Part shown: one piece after another, positions 46,365 to 55,551 of the stretch
Layout of the letters: every line of letters starts with the position of its first letter
Numbering within the stretch: the first letter of the stretch is position 1
Assembly: GCA_965243855.1 (NCBI GenBank)
Contig: CBDEWE010000003.1
Span: 4,750,909-4,814,908, forward strand
Length of the DNA stretch: 64,000 bases
Source: an uncultured Candidatus Binatia bacterium
GTDB lineage: Bacteria; Desulfobacterota; Binatia; Bin18
Direction: 5' to 3'
Notes under the pieces: model-generated
The model's database searches: none
Told to the model about the DNA's origin: nothing
The model's input: only the letters and a program-made list of their open reading frames with translations
Translations under genes and position numbers: made by a program

Positions 46365-47072
46365 CTAGTCATTATTTGCCAGGGAAAGCAGGATTTGCAG
46401 CAGATACCAGAACATCAGGGCAACACCGGCAAATAGCGCCAGCGAGGCGGCGACGTGTTGGTCGGTCCGATAGTGGTGAATAATGTTCGAGGTTGTATAC
46501 AGAATAGACCCGGCGGCAAAGGCAACCATAATGGTGGAGAAGAACAACCCCAGGCTAAAGCCAAACATCATACTGGCCAAGATTACCCCCAGGGCGACAA
46601 ATCCGCCGACGGAGAGAACACCCCGCAGAAAAGAGAAGTCTTTACGCGTAGTGAAGGCCGTGAACGTCAGCCCGCCAAACAGCAGCAAGGTCATCAGGCC
46701 TGCCGTCGGAATCACATCCGGCGAGCTATAGTGCGTCGCAATATACAGCATGGGGAGAAAGATGACTGCCTGGGCCACGATATACAGACCCAGTCCAAGA
46801 TATTGCATCTGCGGTGAGGCATCAGACTGTGCCCAGCGGTCGGCCAACCAGGACACGCCCATGAATGCGGCGAGCACGACGAACCAGCCGTAACCACCAA
46901 CCATGGTCTGGACCAGAGCTGGTGCAAACGACGACTGCAACAGGAGATTTTCAACCAGGATAAAGGCCAAGATTGCCAATGCGAGGTGGGTGTACGTGCG
47001 GCGGATAAACTCCGCGCGCGCCACCTCAGATGCATAGGCCGCGGGCTGGGAATACGTCATCGTCGAAGCCAT
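46365..47072 (-). CDS. Bax-inhibitor-1/YccA family membrane protein
   Basis: 235 aa, 7 TM helices. FIRRTYTHLALAILAF start and a BI-1 pattern. Confidence 0.8.
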   Translation of the reverse strand: MASTMTYSQPAAYASEVARAEFIRRTYTHLALAILAFILVENLLLQSSFAPALVQTMVGGYGWFVVLAAFMGVSWLADRWAQSDASPQMQYLGLGLYIVAQAVIFLPMLYIATHYSSPDVIPTAGLMTLLLFGGLTFTAFTTRKDFSFLRGVLSVGGFVALGVILASMMFGFSLGLFFSTIMVAFAAGSILYTTSNIIHHYRTDQHVAASLALFAGVALMFWYLLQILLSLANND

Positions 47073-47189
47073 ACATACCTCCGTAGAGTTGACTATCCTT
47101 TTCTCAGGCTAATGCCCTGACAGGGGACAGTCAATGCCGAGGGCGAGAGGAAAAAAGGTTGTGAAGGGGAGAGCGTGGTCATATCGGCG

Positions 47190-47227
47190 GTAGGGAAAAA
47201 GGAAAGGGCGACCATACTGGGCCGCCC
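47190..47227 (-). terminator. Rho-independent terminator for the esterase gene
   Basis: On the minus strand: gggcggccc-agtat-ggtcgccc followed by tttcctttttcc, about 44 nt after the stop. Confidence 0.5.
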
Positions 47228-47270
47228 ATCTACATCCGATGGCAAGCAATAGGCGTACAGCCCTGCGCGT

Positions 47271-48197
47271 TTATTGAGCAAACGCGGCTTTCAGTCCCTC
47301 AGCCACTTCCGCCAGTGCTTTCTTCTGAGCGTCAAGATGGAAGAAGCTGAAGAAGCCGTGAATCGTTCCGTCGTAGCGGGATATTGTGATATTAGCCCCG
47401 GCGTCTTGGAGCTTTTTGCCGTAGGCCTCGCCCTCGTCGCGCAGAGGATCAAACTCGGCCGTGATCACCAGCCCCGGCGGGGGACTGTTCACGTATTTGG
47501 CCAAGAGCGGGGAGGCGTACGGGCTCTTTCCGGCCTCGTCGTTTTCAAGATAATGGTCCCAGAACCACACCATGGAATCCTTGGTCAGCAGATAACCTTC
47601 CCCGTTCTGCTTGCATGACTCGGTATCAAAGGAATGGTTGGTGACCGGATAGAGCAGGAGTTGGTAGGCGAGCGAAGGGGCACCCCGGTCGCCGGACATG
47701 AGCGCCACTGCTGCGGCGAGGTTGCCGCCGGCACTATCGCCGCCAACCGCTACTCGTTGCGGATCTCCACCAAGGGACGCCACGTTGAGCACCGCCCATT
47801 TGGTCGCTTCGTAGCAATCCTCGGGCGCTGCGGGAAATTTATGCTCAGGCGCGAGGCGGTAATCGACGGAAATCATCATGCAGCCGGCGGCGTTGGTCAG
47901 GGCACGACAGGTTGCATCGTGGCTTTCGAGGTCGCCGACCACCCAGCCACCACCATGAAAAAAGACCAGAACGGGAAGCGGGCCATCTCCCTCGGGCGTA
48001 TAGATCCGGACCGGCAGGTCGCCGTTCGGGGTCGGAATATCCCGATCTTCAACCTTGGCAACCGGCTCTGGATTCTCAATCTGGAAGAGCTGCTGAATGG
48101 CTTGGCGTGCTTCTGCAACCTCCATTTCATTAAAGCCGCGACCGCCGGCGGCCACGATTTGATCAATAAAGGCTTGTTCCTGCTGGCCTAGGGGCAT
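47271..48197 (-). CDS. alpha/beta-hydrolase esterase/lipase (HSL family)
   Basis: 308 aa. HGGGW oxyanion motif, nucleophile elbow GDSAGG. Confidence 0.85.
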   Translation of the reverse strand: MPLGQQEQAFIDQIVAAGGRGFNEMEVAEARQAIQQLFQIENPEPVAKVEDRDIPTPNGDLPVRIYTPEGDGPLPVLVFFHGGGWVVGDLESHDATCRALTNAAGCMMISVDYRLAPEHKFPAAPEDCYEATKWAVLNVASLGGDPQRVAVGGDSAGGNLAAAVALMSGDRGAPSLAYQLLLYPVTNHSFDTESCKQNGEGYLLTKDSMVWFWDHYLENDEAGKSPYASPLLAKYVNSPPPGLVITAEFDPLRDEGEAYGKKLQDAGANITISRYDGTIHGFFSFFHLDAQKKALAEVAEGLKAAFAQ

Positions 48198-48422
48198 ACT
48201 TCCCTCCTTGCTGTGATTCGCGCTGTGCTGTGTCGATAGGTCATGACTGGAATGAGATGTTTATCTGGGGTGAGTGGTGTTTTTCAAGAGGGTAATCGAC
48301 GCCGTACGCACATCACATGGCTGAGACACGTACGCTGGGACTCCCGGTTGACTGGAAGAAGAAAGGGAGCGGTTGAGACCGAGTCTCGGACTCTCTTTTT
48401 TCAGCCCGAGACCATGGGGCGA

Positions 48423-49388
48423 TCAGCGTGTGCTTGCCTGCCCGTTCACCCAACGGGCAAATTTGTCCGTTTCATTCCGGGCCTGCCGCCACAGGAGTTG
48501 AACCGCGCGGTCCGGGTCCCAGCTGCCAGGTCGCTCAATGAAGTCAAAGCCTAGTTTGTCCGGCGAGTCTTTAATGCTCGAACGGAGAAACGGATATTTA
48601 TCCACCCAGGCGGTGACAGGTGAATCGTAAAAATAAGGAACAGCTTCGGAAGTAAAGCTTACGGCCCGACCCTGCCGGATGTCTTTCCGTTCACTGCTGA
48701 TGTAGTCATACTTGTACTGCCGGATCGCACGGGCCGTCTCATAATAACCGATGAGGACTCTGGCGCCGGCCACCACGCGTTTTTCTGCATCTCCTTGGCT
48801 TTGGCGGCTCAAGCTGCGGAGCCGATTCCTGGCTTCTCGTACGCCCTTCTCATAGACTAGAAGCGGGCCGGACAGCACGGCCAGCGTTTCCAGCCCGCGC
48901 AAGGTGGCGAGGGCCTGGTCGCCTATGGCTTCCGTTCTCATTTGCACGCCTTCCGGCAACGGTGCCGTCAACATGGTTTGCAGGCTGGCGACCGCCTGTT
49001 TTTCTTCTTTCTTCTCTTCTATTCGCTGCCAGATTTCGGGCTCAAAAAAGATCGGACGCCGTTTTCCCTTGCGGGCGACCAACAGCAGGACGGCCTTCTG
49101 CTTTTTCTGAGCATCACGGACTGCGTTGCGGTAACTCTTACAGTTTTGAATAGGCCAGCTATTCACCTGCTCAAGGATGTCACCCTTGCGCAACCCGACG
49201 CGTGAGCCTGGGGTGAGCTGGGCAATCTCAGCAATAGGGAGACCAGGTGCATCTTTTTGCTTGGCTGGGTGGAGGGTGAGACCCAGATACTCTTGCGCTT
49301 CCTGACAGGGGTTTGCTCTGGCGGGAGACGGCTGAAAAAAGAAACTCAGTGTGACCACAGTCACAAGAACAAAAACGGAATATCTCAC
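48423..49388 (-). CDS. secreted PDZ-domain protein
   Basis: 321 aa. Signal peptide and a PDZ-like segment (GSRVGLRKGDILEQVNSWPI). Confidence 0.55.
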   Translation of the reverse strand: MRYSVFVLVTVVTLSFFFQPSPARANPCQEAQEYLGLTLHPAKQKDAPGLPIAEIAQLTPGSRVGLRKGDILEQVNSWPIQNCKSYRNAVRDAQKKQKAVLLLVARKGKRRPIFFEPEIWQRIEEKKEEKQAVASLQTMLTAPLPEGVQMRTEAIGDQALATLRGLETLAVLSGPLLVYEKGVREARNRLRSLSRQSQGDAEKRVVAGARVLIGYYETARAIRQYKYDYISSERKDIRQGRAVSFTSEAVPYFYDSPVTAWVDKYPFLRSSIKDSPDKLGFDFIERPGSWDPDRAVQLLWRQARNETDKFARWVNGQASTR

Positions 49389-49560
49389 GGGGACCTTCCT
49401 TCTCTCTTGGCTACCCGCATTTTATATATGGGAGCCTATCGAGTTCGGTCAAGGCGCATGCCGGACAGATCGTGGTCGAAAGTGAGCCAAGGCAGCCGCT
49501 TCTACATCGCCGGGGGCTACGGGATTCGAGTCGAAACCTGAGATAGGCCGGCCAGCGGGA

Positions 49561-50415
49561 CTATCTCTCCCCCCAGCGGAGTTTGCTGCGCAGGACATCA
49601 AAAAAGGTTCGATTGGGGGAGATGATGAGCGGTACGGTCACGCGAGAGCGTTGAATACGCACGGTGTCCCCACTCTTGAGCGGATGCCCTTCTTGGCCGT
49701 CCAAGGTCAGAGTGACGTCCTCATCCGGAGTCTGGACTACAACGTTGATCTCGGCTTGGTCCGGGAGAATAACCGGCCGATTTGTCAACGTATGCGGACA
49801 GATCGGCGTCAGCACGACAACGCCAAGCGTGGCATCAACAATCGGCCCGCCCGCCGCCAGCGAATAGGCGGTCGAGCCGGTTGGGGTGGCGACAATGAGC
49901 CCGTCCGCTTTATAGGTACATAAATGTTTGCCATCCACCCAGGTGGCAAGATCCATAATACGGGCCAGGGCTCCTTTATTAATGACCGCGTCATTCAGCG
50001 CCTGAAACGTGCCAACCGGCTGCTTGTCACGAACAAGCGTGGTGGTGAGCAGGCTGCGCCGCTCGATTGCATAATCGCCAGCGAAGATACGGGTGAGCGT
50101 GGTAAACAGCTCTTCGGTCGTTGTTTCGGTCAGAAAGCCCAGCCCGCCAAGATTGACGCCAAGAATAGGCGCGTCCCGTGGCGTGGCCCGCCGGGCAACG
50201 CTGAGCAGTGTCCCGTCACCGCCCAGCACGACAACCAGGTCGGCCTGGGCCATGATCTCGACTTTACGCCATCCCCGCCCCAGACCGAGCTCTTCACTGG
50301 TGCGGTCCTCCGGCAGAATGCTCTTGCCGCGCTCTTGCAGCCAGGCAACCAGATCGCGACCCAGCGCAATTGCGGCGGGCGTATTGACTTTGATGACCAG
50401 ACCGATTGTCTGCAT
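49561..50415 (-). CDS. nadK: NAD(+) kinase
   Basis: 284 aa. GGDGTLL, NDAVINKG, and D(A/G)LIVATPTGSTAYS motifs. Confidence 0.9.
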   Translation of the reverse strand: MQTIGLVIKVNTPAAIALGRDLVAWLQERGKSILPEDRTSEELGLGRGWRKVEIMAQADLVVVLGGDGTLLSVARRATPRDAPILGVNLGGLGFLTETTTEELFTTLTRIFAGDYAIERRSLLTTTLVRDKQPVGTFQALNDAVINKGALARIMDLATWVDGKHLCTYKADGLIVATPTGSTAYSLAAGGPIVDATLGVVVLTPICPHTLTNRPVILPDQAEINVVVQTPDEDVTLTLDGQEGHPLKSGDTVRIQRSRVTVPLIISPNRTFFDVLRSKLRWGER

Positions 50416-50477
50416 ACATCGAGCGGAGCGGTGAGGGCGCTCCCTTTTCTCCGTGCCTCGCGTATAATGGCCTACCT

Positions 50478-51842
50478 ATGGCAATCCGTCAGCCTCATCT
50501 GAAGGATCAGCACGGTTTATTTACTCATACTGCCGAAAAGGAGGCGGCCAAGAAAGCCCCTCTGGCCGAGCGGATGCGACCCCAGACGCTGGATACCTAT
50601 ATTGGCCAGACGCATCTCCTCGGGCCGGGTCGCCTCCTGCGCCAAATGGTTGAGCAGAAAACGCTGACGTCTCTGATCCTATGGGGGCCGCCGGGCAGCG
50701 GCAAAACGACTCTGGCCCGGGTGCTCGCCCAGGCTGTAGAATTGCCATGGGCGAGCTTTTCGGCGGTCCTGTCCGGGGTTAAAGAGCTGCGTCTCATCCT
50801 GGCGGATGCGCAGCGGCACCAGCAGCAAACGGGGCAGTCGACCGTCGTATTTGTGGACGAAATTCACCGTTTCAATAAAGCCCAACAGGACGCCTTTCTG
50901 CCGCATGTAGAGCAGGGACTGATTATCCTGATTGGCGCAACAACGGAAAATCCGTCTTTTGAAGTGATTGCCCCTCTCTTGTCGCGCTCTCGCGTGGTGG
51001 TGCTGGAAGCGCTTGAGGCGGATCAGCTTGTCCAGATTCTGTCTCACGCCTTACAGGACACCGGCCGCGGCCTTGGGCAGCATCAGATTGAAGCGGACGA
51101 AGCCGTGCTGCGAATCATTGCCGAGGCCGCACAGGGAGATGCCCGGGTCGCCCTCAATACCCTTGAGGTCGCAACAACCCTGGCGGTCCAGAAAAAAGCT
51201 ACGCACCTTGACGTGGCCCTGGTACAAGAAGCAACCCAGCGGAAGGCGATCCTGTACGACAAGGCTGGAGAGGAACACTATAATGTCATTTCCGCCTTTA
51301 TTAAGAGCCTGCGCGGGAGTGATCCCGATGCGGCCTTATATTGGATGATGCGCATGCTGGAGGCGGGGGAAGATATTCTCTTTATTGCCAGACGGATGGT
51401 CATCTTTGCAGCCGAAGACATTGGCAATGCCGACCCACAGGCATTGTCTCTGGCTATAGCAACCAAGGAAGCGGTGCATTTCGTCGGGCTGCCGGAGGCG
51501 CGTATTCCATTAGCCCAAGCCGCTACCTACCTCGCGGTCGCGCCCAAATCGAACGCGTCATACAAAGCCATGACCGCCGCCCAGGCGGATGTGCAGACCC
51601 ATGGCCCTCTGCCCGTTCCGCTCCATTTGCGCAACGCACCGACAAAGCTGATGAAAGACCTGGAGTATGGCAAGGGGTACCAGTATGCGCATGATTACGA
51701 GGATGCCGTTGTGACCCAGACTCATTTGCCTGAGAAATTGACCCAACGACGGTATTATCAGCCCAGCGATCGCGGCCATGAAAAAGTCATGGGTGAGCAA
51801 CTGAAGGCACGGCGGAAAAGGCGAGCAGACCCTCAGGACTGA
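50478..51842 (+). CDS. rarA: replication-associated recombination protein A (AAA+ ATPase)
   Basis: PLAERMRP start region, Walker [12 protein letters not shown], Walker [11 protein letters not shown]. Start chosen at M25 of the track ORF. Confidence 0.9.
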   Translation: MAIRQPHLKDQHGLFTHTAEKEAAKKAPLAERMRPQTLDTYIGQTHLLGPGRLLRQMVEQKTLTSLILWGPPGSGKTTLARVLAQAVELPWASFSAVLSGVKELRLILADAQRHQQQTGQSTVVFVDEIHRFNKAQQDAFLPHVEQGLIILIGATTENPSFEVIAPLLSRSRVVVLEALEADQLVQILSHALQDTGRGLGQHQIEADEAVLRIIAEAAQGDARVALNTLEVATTLAVQKKATHLDVALVQEATQRKAILYDKAGEEHYNVISAFIKSLRGSDPDAALYWMMRMLEAGEDILFIARRMVIFAAEDIGNADPQALSLAIATKEAVHFVGLPEARIPLAQAATYLAVAPKSNASYKAMTAAQADVQTHGPLPVPLHLRNAPTKLMKDLEYGKGYQYAHDYEDAVVTQTHLPEKLTQRRYYQPSDRGHEKVMGEQLKARRKRRADPQD

Positions 51843-51905
51843 AACAGAGTGGACTAGGTCGGGGCAGCGTATGAAACGGCGCTGTCATACGGAAGGAGGA
51901 AAAGC

Positions 51906-53060
51906 ATGGAATACGCATCACCGGAACCTTTTACGATTGCCATTCCGGATGCGGTGCTGGCTGACCTGGAAAATCGGCTTAACCGCGTACGCTGGCCGGG
52001 CGAGCTCCCCCATTCAGGCTGGGATTACGGCGCGAATCTCTCCTATATTCAGCAACTCGTTGAATACTGGCGCACTGAGTATGACTGGCGCGCCCAGGAA
52101 CGGGCGATGAATCACTGGGACCATTTCAAAACCACTATAGACGGTCAGGGGATCCATTTTATCCACGCGCGCGGGAAAGGTCCCGCGCCGCTGCCGCTGA
52201 TTATTTCGCACGGTTGGCCTGGCTCGTTTTATGAGTTTATGGATGTGATCGGGCCGTTAACCGACCCCGCCGCCCACGGCGGTGACCCGGCCGACGCATT
52301 CGATGTGGTGGTGCCGTCCCTGCCGGGCTATGGGTTTTCCGACCCGCCGCAAGAGCGCAAAGTCAATATCAGCCGCATGGCCGAGTGGTTCGCCGTCTTG
52401 ATGCGAGAGGTCCTCGGCTATGAGCGTTACGCTGCCCAGGGGGGCGACTGGGGCGCAATGATTTCGTCCCGGCTGGGCTATGCCTATCCTGAACAACTGA
52501 TCGGTGTGCATCTCAATATGGTCGGGGCTGCGCCTCATCCGGCCAACCGCCAGAACTTGAGCGCCGCGGAAGAGGAATTTCTGAAAAGTGCGAGAGCCTG
52601 GCAACGCGAGGAGCGTGGTTATCAGGAAATTCAGGGCACCAAGCCTCAGACCTTGAGCTTTGCGCTCAACGACTCGCCCGTTGGAGTATGCGCCTGGATC
52701 GTTGAAAAGTTTCGGACCTGGAGTGACTGTGACGGGAATCCAGAAAACTCCTATACTAAAGACCAACTGCTGACCAACGTCATGATTTACTGGGTCACGC
52801 AAACCTTCCATTCGGCCTCCCGCATTTATTATGAAGAGCGGCACCATCCGTGGCGGCTGGGAAAGGACGAAAAAGTGAGTGCCCCCACCGGGGTCGCCGC
52901 CTTTCCAAAAGAGATTGCCCGCCCGCTGCGGGAGTGGGCTGAACGGGCGTATAATGTTCAGCACTGGACTGACATGCCGGCCGGCGGTCATTTTGCGGCC
53001 ATGGAGCAGCCCGCGTTGCTGGTCGAGGATATTCGGACGTTCTTCCGCGGTCTGCGTTAA
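51906..53060 (+). CDS. epoxide hydrolase (microsomal-EH-like alpha/beta hydrolase)
   Basis: 384 aa. Epoxide-hydrolase N-terminal domain, and the HGWPGSF oxyanion motif. Confidence 0.8.
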   Translation: MEYASPEPFTIAIPDAVLADLENRLNRVRWPGELPHSGWDYGANLSYIQQLVEYWRTEYDWRAQERAMNHWDHFKTTIDGQGIHFIHARGKGPAPLPLIISHGWPGSFYEFMDVIGPLTDPAAHGGDPADAFDVVVPSLPGYGFSDPPQERKVNISRMAEWFAVLMREVLGYERYAAQGGDWGAMISSRLGYAYPEQLIGVHLNMVGAAPHPANRQNLSAAEEEFLKSARAWQREERGYQEIQGTKPQTLSFALNDSPVGVCAWIVEKFRTWSDCDGNPENSYTKDQLLTNVMIYWVTQTFHSASRIYYEERHHPWRLGKDEKVSAPTGVAAFPKEIARPLREWAERAYNVQHWTDMPAGGHFAAMEQPALLVEDIRTFFRGLR

Positions 53061-53065
53061 GGTCG

Positions 53066-53770
53066 ATGGCCGACCACCACAAAATTATTCTCCACGGCTC
53101 ACGACGCTCACCTTTTGTAGAAAAAGTCTACCGGGGCCTGATGCTGAAACGCTTACCGTTCGAGATCCACGAGCCCCACACGTTTCAGGACCTCCGTCGG
53201 CATAATCCCACGACGGGCAAGATGCCGGCGCTTGAGCTGGACGGACAGCTACTCTTTGATTCAACGTTTATCCTGCGTGCGCTTGACGCCTATCAGCCGA
53301 GTCCGCCATTGCTGTCAGCCGACCCACTTGTTGCTGCACAGCAACGGTTGATTGAGGATTGGGCGGACGAGTCCCTGTATTGGTATGGCATGGCCTTGCG
53401 GTGGACGATCCCGGCCAATACCAAACGCGCGCTCCAGGTTTTCGTGTCCGCGGCACCGCCGCTGCTCCGTCCTCTCCTCAGGATCACGGCGCCACGCCTG
53501 ATGCGGTCACAGGTTCGGGCTCAAGGGACGGGCCGGCTGCCCGCGGACGTGCTGGTACGCGAACTCGATGGACACCTCGCGGCTCTGGTCAAAATGGTCG
53601 GACGTGGTCCCTTCTTCTTTGGTCTGGACCAGCCTAGCGTTGCCGACCTGGCCGTCTACGGACAATTATTCTTTCTGTACGACAAGGTCGCCCCCGAAGG
53701 CCGGGCAACAGTTGAGAATCATCCCGCGCTGACCGAACTCTGTCTACGTTTGGATGTCATGACCGACTAG
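53066..53770 (+). CDS. glutathione S-transferase family protein
   Basis: 234 aa with a thioredoxin-like N-domain and a helical C-domain. Confidence 0.7.
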   Translation: MADHHKIILHGSRRSPFVEKVYRGLMLKRLPFEIHEPHTFQDLRRHNPTTGKMPALELDGQLLFDSTFILRALDAYQPSPPLLSADPLVAAQQRLIEDWADESLYWYGMALRWTIPANTKRALQVFVSAAPPLLRPLLRITAPRLMRSQVRAQGTGRLPADVLVRELDGHLAALVKMVGRGPFFFGLDQPSVADLAVYGQLFFLYDKVAPEGRATVENHPALTELCLRLDVMTD

Positions 53771-53810
53771 GGGACAGAATATTCAGGTGGGCCTGTCCGC
53801 AAAGGCAATG

Positions 53811-54248
53811 TCAGCTCTGGGCTTGCTGCGGGATGATCTCAAAAGCGAAGGCCTCTTTATACCAGCCAATCCAGCGAAAGATGCGAGCAAGGAAATATTT
53901 GCGAAAGAAGAGCGGAAAAATAACATCCCGGACCCGTCTCTCCTCCATCCAGACCGCGATGCCCTGGAAGCGGGTTGAACCTATCTGACAGGTGACGGTC
54001 GGCGTCTGTTTCAGGTTCTTGACCCACTGCGAGTTCGAGCCTCGACCGGACGAGACATAAACCTTGTCCTGGGTTGCGACAAACCAGATTTTGACCGTGC
54101 GTGGTGTGCCTGTCTTTCGGCCGACAACGGTCAGTTCAAGGAGCGATTCGCGATTAAGAGCGGCAAGAGTAAACGTATCCAGCTTTGTCGATGTGAGGGA
54201 GGACACGTTTACTCTTTCAAGGTCATATGAGCTGTTTGCGCCGGTCAT
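53811..54248 (-). CDS. DUF385/Ddn-like F420H2-dependent reductase family protein
   Basis: LELTVVGRKTGTPRTVKIWFV...VSSGRGSNSQWVKNLKQTPTVTCQIG matches the Ddn-family core (TTGRKSG-PR...ASKGG...W..NL..NP.V.VQIG). ATG lies 10 nt after the purM stop. Confidence 0.65.
   Translation of the reverse strand: MTGANSSYDLERVNVSSLTSTKLDTFTLAALNRESLLELTVVGRKTGTPRTVKIWFVATQDKVYVSSGRGSNSQWVKNLKQTPTVTCQIGSTRFQGIAVWMEERRVRDVIFPLFFRKYFLARIFRWIGWYKEAFAFEIIPQQAQS
54164..54217. repeat. ~54-bp palindromic element, copy 2 (arms AAGAGTAAACGT / ACGTTTACTCTT, 30-nt spacer)
   Basis: aagagtaaacgt-atccagctttgtcgatgtgagggaggac-acgtttactctt. Lies within the predicted 5' coding region of the Ddn-like gene. Confidence 0.6.
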
Positions 54249-54258
54249 AGCGTCGCCA

Positions 54259-55356
54259 TCATTCCAGCGGCCCAAAGCGCCCTGCCGTGCCCTTGAGGTT
54301 CCGAGGCTCGATGATGATCGTCCGCTCCGGAGAGGGAACCGTCGTACCGAGGCGCCAAGCCTGGACGCCATGATCGGCGGCGATCCGCATCACGCGGTCA
54401 GCCTCCACCTCAGCAACCACAACACAGAAGCCTATCCCCATATTATAGACCTGGTACATTTCCGCGTCGGTGATCTGCCCAACGTCCTGCAACACTGTGA
54501 AAAGTGGGGGCGGCGGCGGAAGGGTATGAATATGATATCCCACTGCGGCCGCGGTCCGAGTGAGATTGAAAAAGCCGTCTCCAGTGATGTGAATCAGGGC
54601 TTTGAGCTGAATATCGGCGGCAAACATGGCGGTGATTTCCGGAACATAAATATGGGTTGGTTCCAGCAGTTCTTCTCCGACGGTACGTCCAAGTTCCTGC
54701 AGATAGCTATCGACCTTGAGTCGGGCACCCTTGAACAGTACCTGTCGGGCCAAGGTTAAGCCATTACTATGGATGCCGCTGCTGGCAAGCCCGATCAGCG
54801 TATCGCCCGGCTCGACCTCTTTGCCGATAATAATACGGTCAAGCGGAACCGTCCCGATAGCGGTACCGGCGAGGTCCAGGCCACCGCCGTCCCGAACGCC
54901 GTGAACCATCTCCCTGAGTTGTGCAATTTCTCCACCCGCAATATTGACCCTGGCCTGCTCGGCACCATGATGCAGACCTTGACCTAATGCGTCGAGCACA
55001 TCTGGTTGTAAACTCTCGACCGCGACATAATCAACAAACGAGATCGGGGTTGCGCCAACGCACAACAAGTCGTTGACGTTCATGGCGATACAGTCAATGC
55101 CCACCGTATCGTATTTCCCCAGCAGCTCTGCCACCAGGAGTTTGGTCCCAACCCCATCGGTGGTAATGCCAATACCGAGGTTGAACGCGTCGAGACGAAT
55201 GATGTTGGCAAAATATCCAAGAGGCAGAGCGGGCCGAGCAGTGGGGTGAAAAGAGAAGGTTTGTTCGACCCAGGCACGGAGTCGATTTAAGCCCGCTTCG
55301 GCCTGTGTGCTATCGACGCCTGAGGCAGCATACCGTGGGTCTCTTACGCGATCCAT
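54259..55356 (-). CDS. purM: phosphoribosylformylglycinamidine cyclo-ligase (AIR synthetase)
   Basis: Starts MDRVRD (M100 of the track ORF). TTDGVGTKL, IDCIAMNVNDLLCVGATP, and the PurM C-terminal domain. Confidence 0.8.
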   Translation of the reverse strand: MDRVRDPRYAASGVDSTQAEAGLNRLRAWVEQTFSFHPTARPALPLGYFANIIRLDAFNLGIGITTDGVGTKLLVAELLGKYDTVGIDCIAMNVNDLLCVGATPISFVDYVAVESLQPDVLDALGQGLHHGAEQARVNIAGGEIAQLREMVHGVRDGGGLDLAGTAIGTVPLDRIIIGKEVEPGDTLIGLASSGIHSNGLTLARQVLFKGARLKVDSYLQELGRTVGEELLEPTHIYVPEITAMFAADIQLKALIHITGDGFFNLTRTAAAVGYHIHTLPPPPPLFTVLQDVGQITDAEMYQVYNMGIGFCVVVAEVEADRVMRIAADHGVQAWRLGTTVPSPERTIIIEPRNLKGTAGRFGPLE

Positions 55357-55466
55357 GTGCCGCTCTACTCTACCGAATCTCTTATCCGAAGGCAATTGTC
55401 CGGCTCTGCTCTTGACTCCATACTGAGCCACGCTCACTATGAAAGAGAGTCCACCGATACGTTTCA

Positions 55467-55520
55467 AAAGAGTCAACGTATCCAGCTTTGGCGATATGAG
55501 GGAGGACACGTTTACTCTTT
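55467..55520. repeat. ~54-bp palindromic element, copy 3 (direct orientation relative to copy 2)
   Basis: aagagtcaacgt-atccagctttggcgatatgagggaggac-acgtttactctt. Sits in the divergent purM/exeA intergenic region. 51/54 identical to copy 2. Confidence 0.6.
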
Positions 55521-55551
55521 TCAGTCCTGCGAGACTGTCTGTCAGACGCCT

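Noticed and set aside
49389-49560. tRNA-like TTCGAGTC / TCGAATCC strings between PDZ-protein and nadK genes
   Set aside because: Could not fold into a cloverleaf on either strand. There is no acceptor or anticodon stem.
54164-55520. Resemblance of the palindrome arms (AAACGT/ACGTTT) to the enterobacterial PurR box next to purM
   Set aside because: The match is limited to a 6-mer. PurR/LacI-type boxes are 16-bp contiguous palindromes, not 12-bp arms split by 30 nt. Copy 1 is nowhere near a purine gene.
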